A stretch of DNA of 64,000 nucleotides from Dehalococcoidia bacterium (GTDB lineage: Bacteria; Chloroflexota; Dehalococcoidia; Bin125): the NCBI GenBank assembly GCA_965261225.1, contig OZ253456.1, positions 1,190,099 to 1,254,098 on the forward strand, in the 5' to 3' direction. Positions 10,101-18,891 of this stretch are shown piece after piece. Position numbers and translations under genes: made by a program. Every line of letters begins with the position of its first letter. Positions within the stretch are counted from its first letter, which is position 1. The notes below the pieces were generated by a model. That model searched no databases and was not told the origin of the DNA. It was given only the letters and a program-made list of their open reading frames with translations.

Positions 10101-10622
10101 CGTCGCCTTGCATGCGACCTGCTTACGCTCCTCGCACGGCCGTGATTTCCGCAATCAGAGACGGAGCGCAAACGTCAACTCCAAGGTTCTTGATGTTGTC
10201 CAGTTTGCTGGGCCGTGCTGTCCTCTGTTGCGTACACGTCAGTTGTAGCTCTCCTCGCGCACTGCCAATTGCACTCTTGCTCTCACGACGCGCAGATGTG
10301 GGTGACCAGGTCGACTTCGCTTGCCTGATCGTCGTTCTGCTCGACCCCGTGTGCGAGAACTGTTTTGGCCTGCTGTGAGTGTTGCTGATGGCGTCCAGGC
10401 GCCCAGGCGAGCAGGCGAAGCGGCCGGCACACTGGTCCTCCGTGCCGTGCAGGACCATGTCCACGATGTCTTCAGCTACTCCGGTTTCGCGGAGATCGTT
10501 CCAATCCACGGCGACGGCGCGGCAGCGCTGGAGACGTGCTAGCCGTCGTCGATTGCGGAACCGTGGTAGCCGCCAGGATTCGGCTGTCGCGGGAATACTC
10601 ATGGCGTATTGCTGCTGTGCTG

Positions 10623-13600
10623 TCACTGAGCACCTGCAACGACAACCGCACTGCTGGCCAACCAGCGTCCGCTGGCCACGTGAGCTGGAAGGAAGCGAGA
10701 AGGCGGCAGCTGCAGGTCACCCCAGGCGCTGCCAGGTACACGAGCCTGTAATGCGAACTCCATCCTTCCATCTGACCGCGGACGAGCCGCGATTCGGATC
10801 TCGATGCTGACCTGGGCAGTCGTCAACGAGAGCGGCGAGCTCGCCAACCAAACGTCGACGACGGCATTCGTAGGCATGAACCGCGCTTCCGGACTCAGCG
10901 AGACGCCCCAGGAGCCATCTGGTGCGCGCTCCTGTAGCGCGAACTCGGTTCGGCCATCGGCCAAGCGACGAGCCACGATTCGCACTTCGTAGAGGGCCTC
11001 CGCGTTGACGGCCTGCGCGGCGACTGTCACTCGCACGCGAACCGGCGATGTCTCCAGTTCGCCGTCTGAGGCGGTGAGACTGAACGATGCTTCGCCTGCG
11101 GCAACCGGCGCGACAGTGACGACGCCGTTGGCCAGTTCAACCCTGATCTCGTCCGACGAGTCGGGCGCGACCAGCGAGTGTTCGAGTTGGTCGCCGTCGG
11201 GGTCGGAGAAGAACTGGGACAGCGTGAGGCGCGCTGACTCTGCATTGGCCGTCAGAGACAGCGCGGGTATTGCGTTCCCGACCGGCGGCTGATTGGGAAC
11301 TGTCTCGGGCAAGGTGACGCGGTACGTTCTCGCCCGGCTGCCATCCGCTGATGTTACGGTCGCCGCTACAGTGGCCGCCTCGCCGAGCGTGACTTGATGT
11401 CCGTTCTCTGCGTCGCCGTCCCACTTGACAGGTTCCACGGCGATCGTCGCCGACTCCTGAGTAGCTGTTGCCTCGACGATGCTTGAAGTGGCTTCGTCGG
11501 TGGCAGTTGCCTGGTAATCCAGTTTGCTCGGGGAGAACTCTCCGATGTCAATGTCGCTGAGCGAGAGTGAGGCGAGAGCAGCCTGGATGGCGTCGGGGAT
11601 GTTGTACGTGTTGACCCTGTCGTCCTCGGCGTCGACGACATACAGAACATCGCCGTTGGGCCAGATGCCGCGAGCATCGCCGTTCCCCGCTTTGATCAAG
11701 ACACGGAACCCGAATTCTTCTGCTTCGAGTCGTGCCAAGGTCTGATCTTCGATTCGGTAGGCGAAGATTCGGTTGGCGCCGTCATCTGAGACCCAGATGG
11801 ACACTCCATCCGACCAGATGCCGCGCGGGCTCTTGTTCAGGCTGTGGAGCGCATGCTCAGCGTCCAATTCCGCAGTCTCCAGGTTGTAGACGAACAATGC
11901 GTCTTTGACACTGTCAAGCACGTAGAGCGTTTCACCATCCGACCAGATGCCACGCGGATCGCGGTTGCGTTCAGCCAGTTCGATGTCGCGATCTTCCAGC
12001 CGTGATCCATCGGACAGTTCGTAGGCAAACAATGAGTCCCGACCGGCGTCGGCGATCCAGACGGTTTCTCCATCCGACCAGATGCCGTGCGAGAATCGGT
12101 TTCGCGAATCGAGCTCAACCTCGCGGGCTTCCTGGCGGTCCCCGGTCAGCAGGTCATAGGCGAACACTGAGTCGGATCCGATTGACGGGTTGTTGAGGAT
12201 CCAGAGCGTGGTTCGATCGGACCAGATGTCCGTCGGGTTGTCGTTGTCACGGTGCAGGTCGTCGATGTCCCGTGTGAGGTTGCAGTCAAAGTCCTCGTCA
12301 GAAGGCAAACGAACCGGAGCCGCGCCGCCTCCACCACCACCACCGCCACCGCCGCCGCCAGCCGTAGTAGTCCCGGAGCGACCAGTGCGGCCGGGACCGG
12401 CCACGAACTGGCCCGTGTATCGTGCCGCAGGTCCTTGAATGACGTTGATCGTCACCGTAGTCACGGCCTGCCTGTTGTCTCCGTCTGTTGCTGTGACCGT
12501 GAACGTGTGCGTGGGTTCCCGGGCAGCGTCTAGCGTGGCTGTCATAGAGACCCTGATCTGGCCGGTGTGCTGGTCGATTAAGAACTCACTGCAGATACTC
12601 CGGCTGTAGGTCAGCGCGTCGCCGTCGACATCCGTGGCCACAACCGGGACGCCGACTGGGTCGTTGTGACGAGCGCGTTCGGAGACTGTGCGAGTTGCAG
12701 TTTCCGATGCGAATACCGGCGGGTCGTTCCCAGGGGCAACGAGCACCTTGATGGTCCCTGTGTCTGAGAGTCCAACCTGATCGGTCAGCCGATAAGTGAA
12801 GTGGTCCTGACCGAAGAAGTTCGCCCTGGGCGTGTACGTCAAATGGGTCTGGACTGGCTGGTCCTGCTGGTCTGGCTGGTCTGGCTGGTCTGGTGCTGCG
12901 GTCACTTTCCCATTAGGCGGCTGTGTGAACGTTAGAGAAGGTGATTCGTTGTCGGGATCACCGCCCAGCGGTAGGTCGATTCGTAACTCTTCGTCCTCAT
13001 TCGTCGTTACCCATTGTTCAACCGCCACCGGCCGTTCATTGACATCCTCAACGTGAACTTCGAACTGCAGGCCTGTGCCCTCATGACGGTCGTCAACGGC
13101 GTTGACCGTGAAGTAGTGAACACCAATCAACTCGTGGTCCAGCATTGCACCCTGGGCGATCCGGACCTGGCGCGAGCGCGAATCGATGACAAATTCTGCA
13201 TTGTCGCTGACCGTGTAATAAACGGAGTCGCCGTCGCTGTCGGTGGCCTCGGGTACCGTGGTGACGACAGTACCCGCCGGGGCGTCCTCGCGAATCATAA
13301 TCTCGATCTTGGTATTGTCGGCGCATGGTATCTCGGCATTGAAGACCGGTGCGGTGTTTGGGTCGGAGCCCTTCGCACCGACACGGGTCGGCGAAACTGC
13401 CTGAAGTGTCTCCGCGCCGTGCCGATCCGTGTACGTCACAGTGACGCGGAGGAACTGATTCACGTCCTCGATCAACGGGGTGATTCTGGAACCGTTGTTG
13501 CTCAGTGCGACGCTGCCCAGCGCGGGCGTCCAGGGTCCGCCCGAATTAGTGGCCAGTTCCCAGGACCATTCGGCGCTTCCGATGATCATATCGGGCTCGT

Positions 13601-13754
13601 TCAATTCAGCCCGGTACATAGCACCTACGCGCGGCCGCCAGGGAGCAAGAGTCAGCGTTCCCGGCTCTGCCACATCAGTCAGGGTGACGATCAGGCTACG
13701 CTCAACGGGCCTATTCCTTTCTCGTGGTGGGCTGCCGTCAGAAACCTGGACCAT
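10623..13754 (-). CDS. Giant adhesin-like protein, C-terminal segment: cadherin repeats, (Gly)11 linker, 5-bladed beta-propeller (GIWSDG blades), cadherin-like beta-sandwich domain, C-terminal RIAAR/GRWLASS repeats
   Basis: The 1043-aa ORF carries cadherin-type repeats (VYYTVSDNAEFVIDSRSRQVRIA...VNERPV), a GGGGGGGGGGG run, five blades of about 45 aa each (PRGIWSDGETLYVLDSVKDALFVYNL...), the pattern LSLSDIDIGEFSPSKLDYQAT...TYRVTL, and about 45-aa repeats at the end (IRIAARPRSDGRMEFALQARVPGSAWG...GRWLASS). Its start overlaps the stop of 13754-15664 as TGATG. Confidence 0.65.
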   Translation of the reverse strand: MVQVSDGSPPRERNRPVERSLIVTLTDVAEPGTLTLAPWRPRVGAMYRAELNEPDMIIGSAEWSWELATNSGGPWTPALGSVALSNNGSRITPLIEDVNQFLRVTVTYTDRHGAETLQAVSPTRVGAKGSDPNTAPVFNAEIPCADNTKIEIMIREDAPAGTVVTTVPEATDSDGDSVYYTVSDNAEFVIDSRSRQVRIAQGAMLDHELIGVHYFTVNAVDDRHEGTGLQFEVHVEDVNERPVAVEQWVTTNEDEELRIDLPLGGDPDNESPSLTFTQPPNGKVTAAPDQPDQPDQQDQPVQTHLTYTPRANFFGQDHFTYRLTDQVGLSDTGTIKVLVAPGNDPPVFASETATRTVSERARHNDPVGVPVVATDVDGDALTYSRSICSEFLIDQHTGQIRVSMTATLDAAREPTHTFTVTATDGDNRQAVTTVTINVIQGPAARYTGQFVAGPGRTGRSGTTTAGGGGGGGGGGGGAAPVRLPSDEDFDCNLTRDIDDLHRDNDNPTDIWSDRTTLWILNNPSIGSDSVFAYDLLTGDRQEAREVELDSRNRFSHGIWSDGETVWIADAGRDSLFAYELSDGSRLEDRDIELAERNRDPRGIWSDGETLYVLDSVKDALFVYNLETAELDAEHALHSLNKSPRGIWSDGVSIWVSDDGANRIFAYRIEDQTLARLEAEEFGFRVLIKAGNGDARGIWPNGDVLYVVDAEDDRVNTYNIPDAIQAALASLSLSDIDIGEFSPSKLDYQATATDEATSSIVEATATQESATIAVEPVKWDGDAENGHQVTLGEAATVAATVTSADGSRARTYRVTLPETVPNQPPVGNAIPALSLTANAESARLTLSQFFSDPDGDQLEHSLVAPDSSDEIRVELANGVVTVAPVAAGEASFSLTASDGELETSPVRVRVTVAAQAVNAEALYEVRIVARRLADGRTEFALQERAPDGSWGVSLSPEARFMPTNAVVDVWLASSPLSLTTAQVSIEIRIAARPRSDGRMEFALQARVPGSAWGDLQLPPSRFLPAHVASGRWLASSAVVVAGAQ

Positions 13755-15664
13755 CAGATTTCGGCTCGTGTCCTCTTCAAAACATTCAGCGGACGTTCAG
13801 CAAACAGGTCCGCTCGCTGCTCGGCCCCTGAAGACCTCGCTCGCGGACGAAGCGCGAAGCCATTGATCTCATGTGTGCTTAGTGTCCAGATGAGATCAGA
13901 ACCGAGATCGTCAGTGACGACTAACCTGCCTACCAGCCCCGTCCAATTCTCGTCGATCGTCCAGGCTGGCGGATGTGTCATGGCTGGCGGCTGTGTCATG
14001 ACGGGTGTCTCGTTGACATCGGTCACTACGAATCCGATCGGTCGACTGACCGTATGCGTACTGTCCGACGCCTGCAGCGTGACGACGTACGTGTTGTCGC
14101 GGTTGGCATCCCCTGGATTCTCGTAGTTATGCCCATACAGCTTGACTAGCGCTCCCGTCTTCACGTTCATCGGGTCTGGCGTGAACTCGAAACTGTCCGC
14201 ATCGGCTCCGGCGAGAGACCAGGTGATGGTCCCCGACTCGGGATCGGTGGCGTCATAGTCGCCGACTGCCGTACTGGTCGCGGATTCGTCCTCATCGACA
14301 ATGACGAGCACCGGCCCCGTGATCAGCGGCGGCTCGTTAACATTGGTCACGTTGATCGTTACTGCCAGGGTCGTGGTCTTGTTTGCGTCGTCCACGGCTT
14401 TGATTGTGACCCGATGCTCATCCTGTTTCTCGTAATCCACGCCGATCCGGAACGCCAGCACGCCACTTCGGCTTAGCGTGAACTTGCCCGAGTCCCTGCC
14501 CTCCAGGGACAGCGTCACATTCATCCGTCGCTCGGGGTCGTAGGCGGCATACTGAGCAGGTGCGTCATCGCGATCTTCGGCGTAGTCCACTTCCGTGGGT
14601 CCAATGATCACCGGAGGTTCATCGACATCAATGACTTTAATGATGAATGTAATTTCGTTGTCTGTGGTGCTTGAGCTGGCGCCTCCAGAATCAAGTCCAT
14701 CGCTGACAGCCAGACCTACTGTGTACTGGCTGCTGTTCTCATAATCGATCTCGCCGTTCGTGCCAACGGTAATCCTGGCGCTGTTGCCAGCAATGACCAG
14801 CGTGAGACCAGCTTCATCCACATACTGGTCAGGGTAATAGAAGAAATCGAACGGATCCGCGTCCGGATCCGTGGCGCTCACTGTGGCTACGGTTGTTCCG
14901 GGTAGCGTGCCTTCACGAACGCTAAACACGCTCGGTCGTTGCGTGAAATATGCGTTCCGGCTGCTGATCGTCGTACGGACCGCGTCGGTGGGCGGGGATG
15001 CTATGATCTTTCCAGATCCGCTGCCGTCGCTATAGGTGGCAACTGCTCGCAGGTACTGCCCCACGTCGGAATCGGGATCGCCATCGATCTGAACAGGCGT
15101 GTAGCGCGCCGACTGAGCCCCGCTAATCGGCGTGAAGCCAGAGTACTTGTTCGTGGATCGTTCCCACTGCCAAGTCACGTCACGGACGTTGCCGTCGGCA
15201 TCAGTGAGCGAAGCGGACAGGCTGCTGCCGATCACTGGAGTATTGGTCGACAGGCGGACGATGCCGTCTTCCTCGTTGTTCGAAATTGTGAACGTCAGGT
15301 CAACCGAATCGTCGATGCTTGGGTCGAACGATCCAGAGGCGTCGAGATTGTCGGTGACATGAACGGTGACGGAGTACGACCTTCTCGTTTCGTGATCGAT
15401 CTGCGTGTTGTCGCGGACCAGGATATCTCCGCTACGTGAGATGAGCGTGAACGCCCTCGAGAATACGGCCGCATCTCGACCCGTCACGCTGTAGTCGAGA
15501 GTGTCGCCGTCGGAATTGTCTGCGGCCAGGGTCAGGATCAGCTCACCGTTTCGATGTGGCACTTTGTTGATTGAGCGTTCGACTTCGGCATCGGAGAACG
15601 ATGGGTCGGTGTTTAGCTCCGCGGTGCGGATGGCGAGGCGGATGACTGCAGGAGACCCGGTCAC
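13754..15664 (-). CDS. Giant adhesin-like protein, middle segment (cadherin repeats); frame differs from the flanking segments
   Basis: The 636-aa ORF shows cadherin repeat signatures (VDEPPVI, VNEPPLITGP, YDATDPESGTITWSL). It is collinear with 15984-17612 upstream and 10623-13754 downstream but in another frame. Confidence 0.6.
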   Translation of the reverse strand: MTGSPAVIRLAIRTAELNTDPSFSDAEVERSINKVPHRNGELILTLAADNSDGDTLDYSVTGRDAAVFSRAFTLISRSGDILVRDNTQIDHETRRSYSVTVHVTDNLDASGSFDPSIDDSVDLTFTISNNEEDGIVRLSTNTPVIGSSLSASLTDADGNVRDVTWQWERSTNKYSGFTPISGAQSARYTPVQIDGDPDSDVGQYLRAVATYSDGSGSGKIIASPPTDAVRTTISSRNAYFTQRPSVFSVREGTLPGTTVATVSATDPDADPFDFFYYPDQYVDEAGLTLVIAGNSARITVGTNGEIDYENSSQYTVGLAVSDGLDSGGASSSTTDNEITFIIKVIDVDEPPVIIGPTEVDYAEDRDDAPAQYAAYDPERRMNVTLSLEGRDSGKFTLSRSGVLAFRIGVDYEKQDEHRVTIKAVDDANKTTTLAVTINVTNVNEPPLITGPVLVIVDEDESATSTAVGDYDATDPESGTITWSLAGADADSFEFTPDPMNVKTGALVKLYGHNYENPGDANRDNTYVVTLQASDSTHTVSRPIGFVVTDVNETPVMTQPPAMTHPPAWTIDENWTGLVGRLVVTDDLGSDLIWTLSTHEINGFALRPRARSSGAEQRADLFAERPLNVLKRTRAEI

Positions 15665-15983
15665 CTCGGTCCAGGCTACCCACGCCGCTCAGCACACGCA
15701 GGCGGCTGGTCGTATCGGGACGGTCGTCCGAGCCGTTGGGCCAGATCACGAACTGCGGTCTGGATCCTACGACAGTTTCAGCCGCGAATCGAACGGCCAG
15801 CAGCACTACTTGGCTACTGCCGGTGGTGAACGAAACAGCATGGCGCGTGTTGCCGGTTGCGGAGTAAGCCTGCGCCGGATCGGAGGTCTGGCTCAGATTG
15901 CCGACCGCGTAGCTGGCGGTACTACCGACGATCATCAAAGGCAGACTGGTGACGCTGTCCGGGACATCCGCGTCATCGGTGTA

Positions 15984-17612
15984 TCAAACCCGGACCTTGA
16001 ACTGCTTCCCCACGTCAGCGGCCTGGATCGCATAGGTCGCTGCGGTGGCGGTATTGATGTTGGACTCGCTGCGACCGTTGACACGTATCCACTGGTAGGT
16101 AAAGCCTGGGGTCGTCAGGCCATCCGTGTCGCTGATCGGCGACGTATCCACCTGCGCAGTTGTCCCCGGTTCCAGCACACCGGTGATGCGAGGTTGCCCG
16201 ACAGGTCGCGTATTGGTCTCCAGGTCGACACGCACGACATCGTTAACCATCCAGGTCACCCCGGAAACGGTCCACCTCAGCCTCGTGTTGGCCACGTTGG
16301 CGTCCCAGGCTCCCAGCTTCTTGCTCCCGACGCGGAGAGCGACGGTGTTCAGGAATTCGGCCGCTGGCGGGCTCTCGAAATCGATGTCGAGCATGTTCGA
16401 GCTCCTCAGCGCCAGGTTCCTGATGAAGTTGTTCTCGTCTCCAAACTCGAATGTCCGATTCGAAAGCGTCCCCGTGATTGAAGTCAACGCGTCGCTGTAG
16501 CCCTGGACGTTGGTTTCTACTTGCTTCACGGTCAGGCTGCTGCAGAAGGTGAGCTCGCAACCCGCCGTTGAGCCGTCCACCTTCTGGCCTGTGCCTGCCT
16601 CTACCGCGTTGGACGCGATGTCGATCCGGTCCCCCCCGGCGGACTTGACTTCAAGCGTGGACGCCGCGTTGGCGTTGATCGTGAATCCATCCGAATCGGT
16701 GTTGCCGGCCCTCACCACGTGGCGCAAGAGCGCGCGTGTTTCGTCGCGACTGCCCACATACTCGGCCCGAGCGGAACCGGATGGGAACGTCAGACCGATG
16801 TGTCCTCCCGAGACCACGACATTGCTGCTGAATGTCAGTTGCAGCTCGATGTTCTCCCCTGCCTTGTACGTATCGCCTGACAGCGGCGTGGATGAGACTA
16901 CGACCTCGGTAACGGTGATGATCGCTCTGGTGAACAACGCAAGTCGTACGTTCCCCGCTGCCGTGGTCCATGAGCCTCCGCTGAGCCTGCTCGCTGCATC
17001 GTCGCCGATTGTCCACATGCTCGATGAGGTCTGGTTATCCGACGTTGTGTGACCGACACTCAGGTCCCCGGCGCCAAATTCCTTCTGAACAACGACCCAG
17101 TACGTCGTGTTGGCCGCCAACTCGCAGGTAGCGCCGGAGCACTCAAAGTCCTCTGCGGTTGTCAGGTTGGCGTCTATGGCCGAGGGCGCGTTGAGCGTGG
17201 CGACGGGTACTCCAGGCGTAGCCCCGCTGTTGCTGTAGATCCAGGCGCCGACATCTACGTCGGCTCCTGCCGATATCCGCAACTGGACGTTGTCGAGGAA
17301 GTGAATGTCGTTCCCGGTCGTGAACGACTGTGCAATGAGCTGTCGGTTGGCAATCGCATGGCTGCCGTCTCCGGCGTCCGTCTCCGACAAGTTGCTGACC
17401 ACGGGACTGGGCGTCTGGGCCACGGAAGGAGTTGGCGGAGCGCTGGCGAACAGGGCTCCGAGGAACACGAACAGCACGCCCCCCAACAGCCGCAGAGGCC
17501 GTCCCGTTCTCCTGCCCGGAGGAGAACGCAAAGCGGCATTCAGGGACCTCGCCACCAGTTGGAGAAGCTCAAGGCGAGACAGTGACATGTGGATAATCTT
17601 CACTAGTCCCAC
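15984..17612 (-). CDS. Giant adhesin-like protein, N-terminal segment with signal peptide; ends at an in-frame TGA (15984-15986)
   Basis: The 542-aa ORF has an N-terminal signal (LLGGVLFVFLGALFASAPPTPSVAQ), the motif VSNLSETD...AQSFTTGN, and an Ig-like repeat ending FTYQWIRVNG...KQFKVRV. The same frame reopens just after the TGA (ORF 15543-15938, TASYAV...) with the same repeat family. Confidence 0.6.
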   Translation of the reverse strand: MGLVKIIHMSLSRLELLQLVARSLNAALRSPPGRRTGRPLRLLGGVLFVFLGALFASAPPTPSVAQTPSPVVSNLSETDAGDGSHAIANRQLIAQSFTTGNDIHFLDNVQLRISAGADVDVGAWIYSNSGATPGVPVATLNAPSAIDANLTTAEDFECSGATCELAANTTYWVVVQKEFGAGDLSVGHTTSDNQTSSSMWTIGDDAASRLSGGSWTTAAGNVRLALFTRAIITVTEVVVSSTPLSGDTYKAGENIELQLTFSSNVVVSGGHIGLTFPSGSARAEYVGSRDETRALLRHVVRAGNTDSDGFTINANAASTLEVKSAGGDRIDIASNAVEAGTGQKVDGSTAGCELTFCSSLTVKQVETNVQGYSDALTSITGTLSNRTFEFGDENNFIRNLALRSSNMLDIDFESPPAAEFLNTVALRVGSKKLGAWDANVANTRLRWTVSGVTWMVNDVVRVDLETNTRPVGQPRITGVLEPGTTAQVDTSPISDTDGLTTPGFTYQWIRVNGRSESNINTATAATYAIQAADVGKQFKVRV

Positions 17613-17769
17613 GTGTCAATGTTGGAGGATCGGATGTCGTGTCCATAGACTGACTGAGACATAGCATCGAGAAGACATTAGACATGTTCTGCCACGGTCA
17701 TATGAATGCTCTATCGAATGGCTTGCCCCACGTCGAAACGAGGACTCCGAGCGAACCCTGCAGAGCTAG

Positions 17770-18891
17770 GAACGCTCTGAACAAGTCTGCGTTCTGAGGC
17801 CTGGTTAGGATCGAGGCAGCGACCGCTGAAGAGAGCGCCTTGATGCAGGAACCGACGTTTGTCAGCCTGGAGTTCACGCACAAGAAGCGCAAGGCCCGGC
17901 GTGAGCGGTTCATGGAAGGGAGCGACGCGCTGGTTCCGTGGGGCACGCTGGCGGCGCGCGTCGAGCCGGTCTATCCCCAGCCGGGGCGCGGACGGCGACC
18001 GTACCCGCTGGCCGTGATGCTGCGCATCCATTGCGTGCAGCTCTGTCACAACCTCAACGACCCGGCGATGGAGGACTTGCTCTACGAGGCCGAGTCGGCG
18101 CCCGCTTCTGCGGGCTGAACCTGAGTGGGCCGATCCCGAACGAGTCGACGATCCTGCACTTCCGCCGCCTGTTGGAGCGGCATCAGCTGGGCGAGGCGCT
18201 GTTGGAGACGATCAACGCGCACCTGGAAGGCCGGGGACTGCGGCTGCAGCCCGGCACGATCGTGGACGCGAGCATCATTGCGGCGCCGTCCTCAACCAAG
18301 AACCAGCATCGCCAGCGCGACCCGGAAATGCACTAGACCAGGAAGGGCAACGAGTGGCGCCTTCGGGATGAAGTTGCATATCGGCGTGGACGCGGCGCTG
18401 GGCCTGACCCAGAGCCTGAGCACGACGGCAGCGAACAGCGCCGACGCGCCAAGGCTTGACGGCGTGGCGGGTCGCGATGCGTCCCGGACGCCGCCGCATG
18501 CGGCGCCCGACAGTCCGCTGGCCTAGCGCGAGCGCGAGCGGGCTTCGCTGCGGGCCAAGGCCGAGCACCCGTTCCTCTTCATCAAACGACGCTTCGGCTA
18601 CGACAAAAACCTGCCCCCGCGAAAGCGGGGGTGCGCTACCGCGGCCTGGCCAAGAATCATCAGCGGCTGGCGTTGCTCCTGGGCTTCACCAATCTGCTGA
18701 TCGCTGAGCCACGGCTCGCCTCAACCCCGGCGCACTGCGCCCCCGGCCCGGCTCGGCCCCAACCATCGGGCCAACCGGACCCTCGGCATCGCCCCACCCC
18801 ATCGTCCCCCACGCCAGTTCAACTCTGTGACGCCACAGCCCACGCCGAATCAGGACCAAATCCGATCGAGAACCCCCTGTTCAGAGCGTTC
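17770..18891. mobile_element. IS5-family insertion sequence (about 1.12 kb), degenerate
   Basis: The terminal inverted repeats are GAACGCTCTGAACAAG (17770-17785) and CCTGTTCAGAGCGTTC (18876-18891). The flanking tetranucleotides are CTAG and CTGG (an imperfect 4-bp target duplication of the CTAG type). The internal ORFs encode an IS5/InsH-like transposase. Confidence 0.75.
17840..18720 (+). pseudogene. IS5-family (InsH-like) transposase, fragmented over three or more frames
   Basis: Frame 1 gives FVSLEFTHKKRKARRERFMEGSDALVPW...RPYPLAVMLRIHCVQLCHNLNDPAMEDLLYE. Frame 2 gives ESTILHFRRLLERHQLGEALLETINAHLEGRGLRLQPGTIVDASIIAAPSSTKNQHRQRDPEMH. Frame 3 gives GMKLHIGVDAALGL...TTAANSAD. The C-terminal frame gives KAEHPFLFIKRRFGYDK...VRYRGLAKNHQRLALLLGFTNLLIAE. 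The DDE middle part is incomplete, and a hairpin (cccccgcgaaagcggggg) is inserted between GYDK and VRYRGLAKN. Confidence 0.75.

Noticed and set aside
10123-10626. 167-aa minus-strand ORF between the truncated membrane-gene copy and the giant gene end
   Set aside because: It has no recognisable motifs, Arg-rich composition, and overlaps opposite-strand ORFs of similar quality. I left it unannotated.
15984-15986. In-frame TGA (and the TAG at 44970) as recoded selenocysteine or pyrrolysine, or programmed readthrough
   Set aside because: There is no SECIS-like hairpin immediately downstream and no selenoprotein context. The same genes also carry plain frameshifts, so pseudogenisation or assembly error is the simpler explanation.
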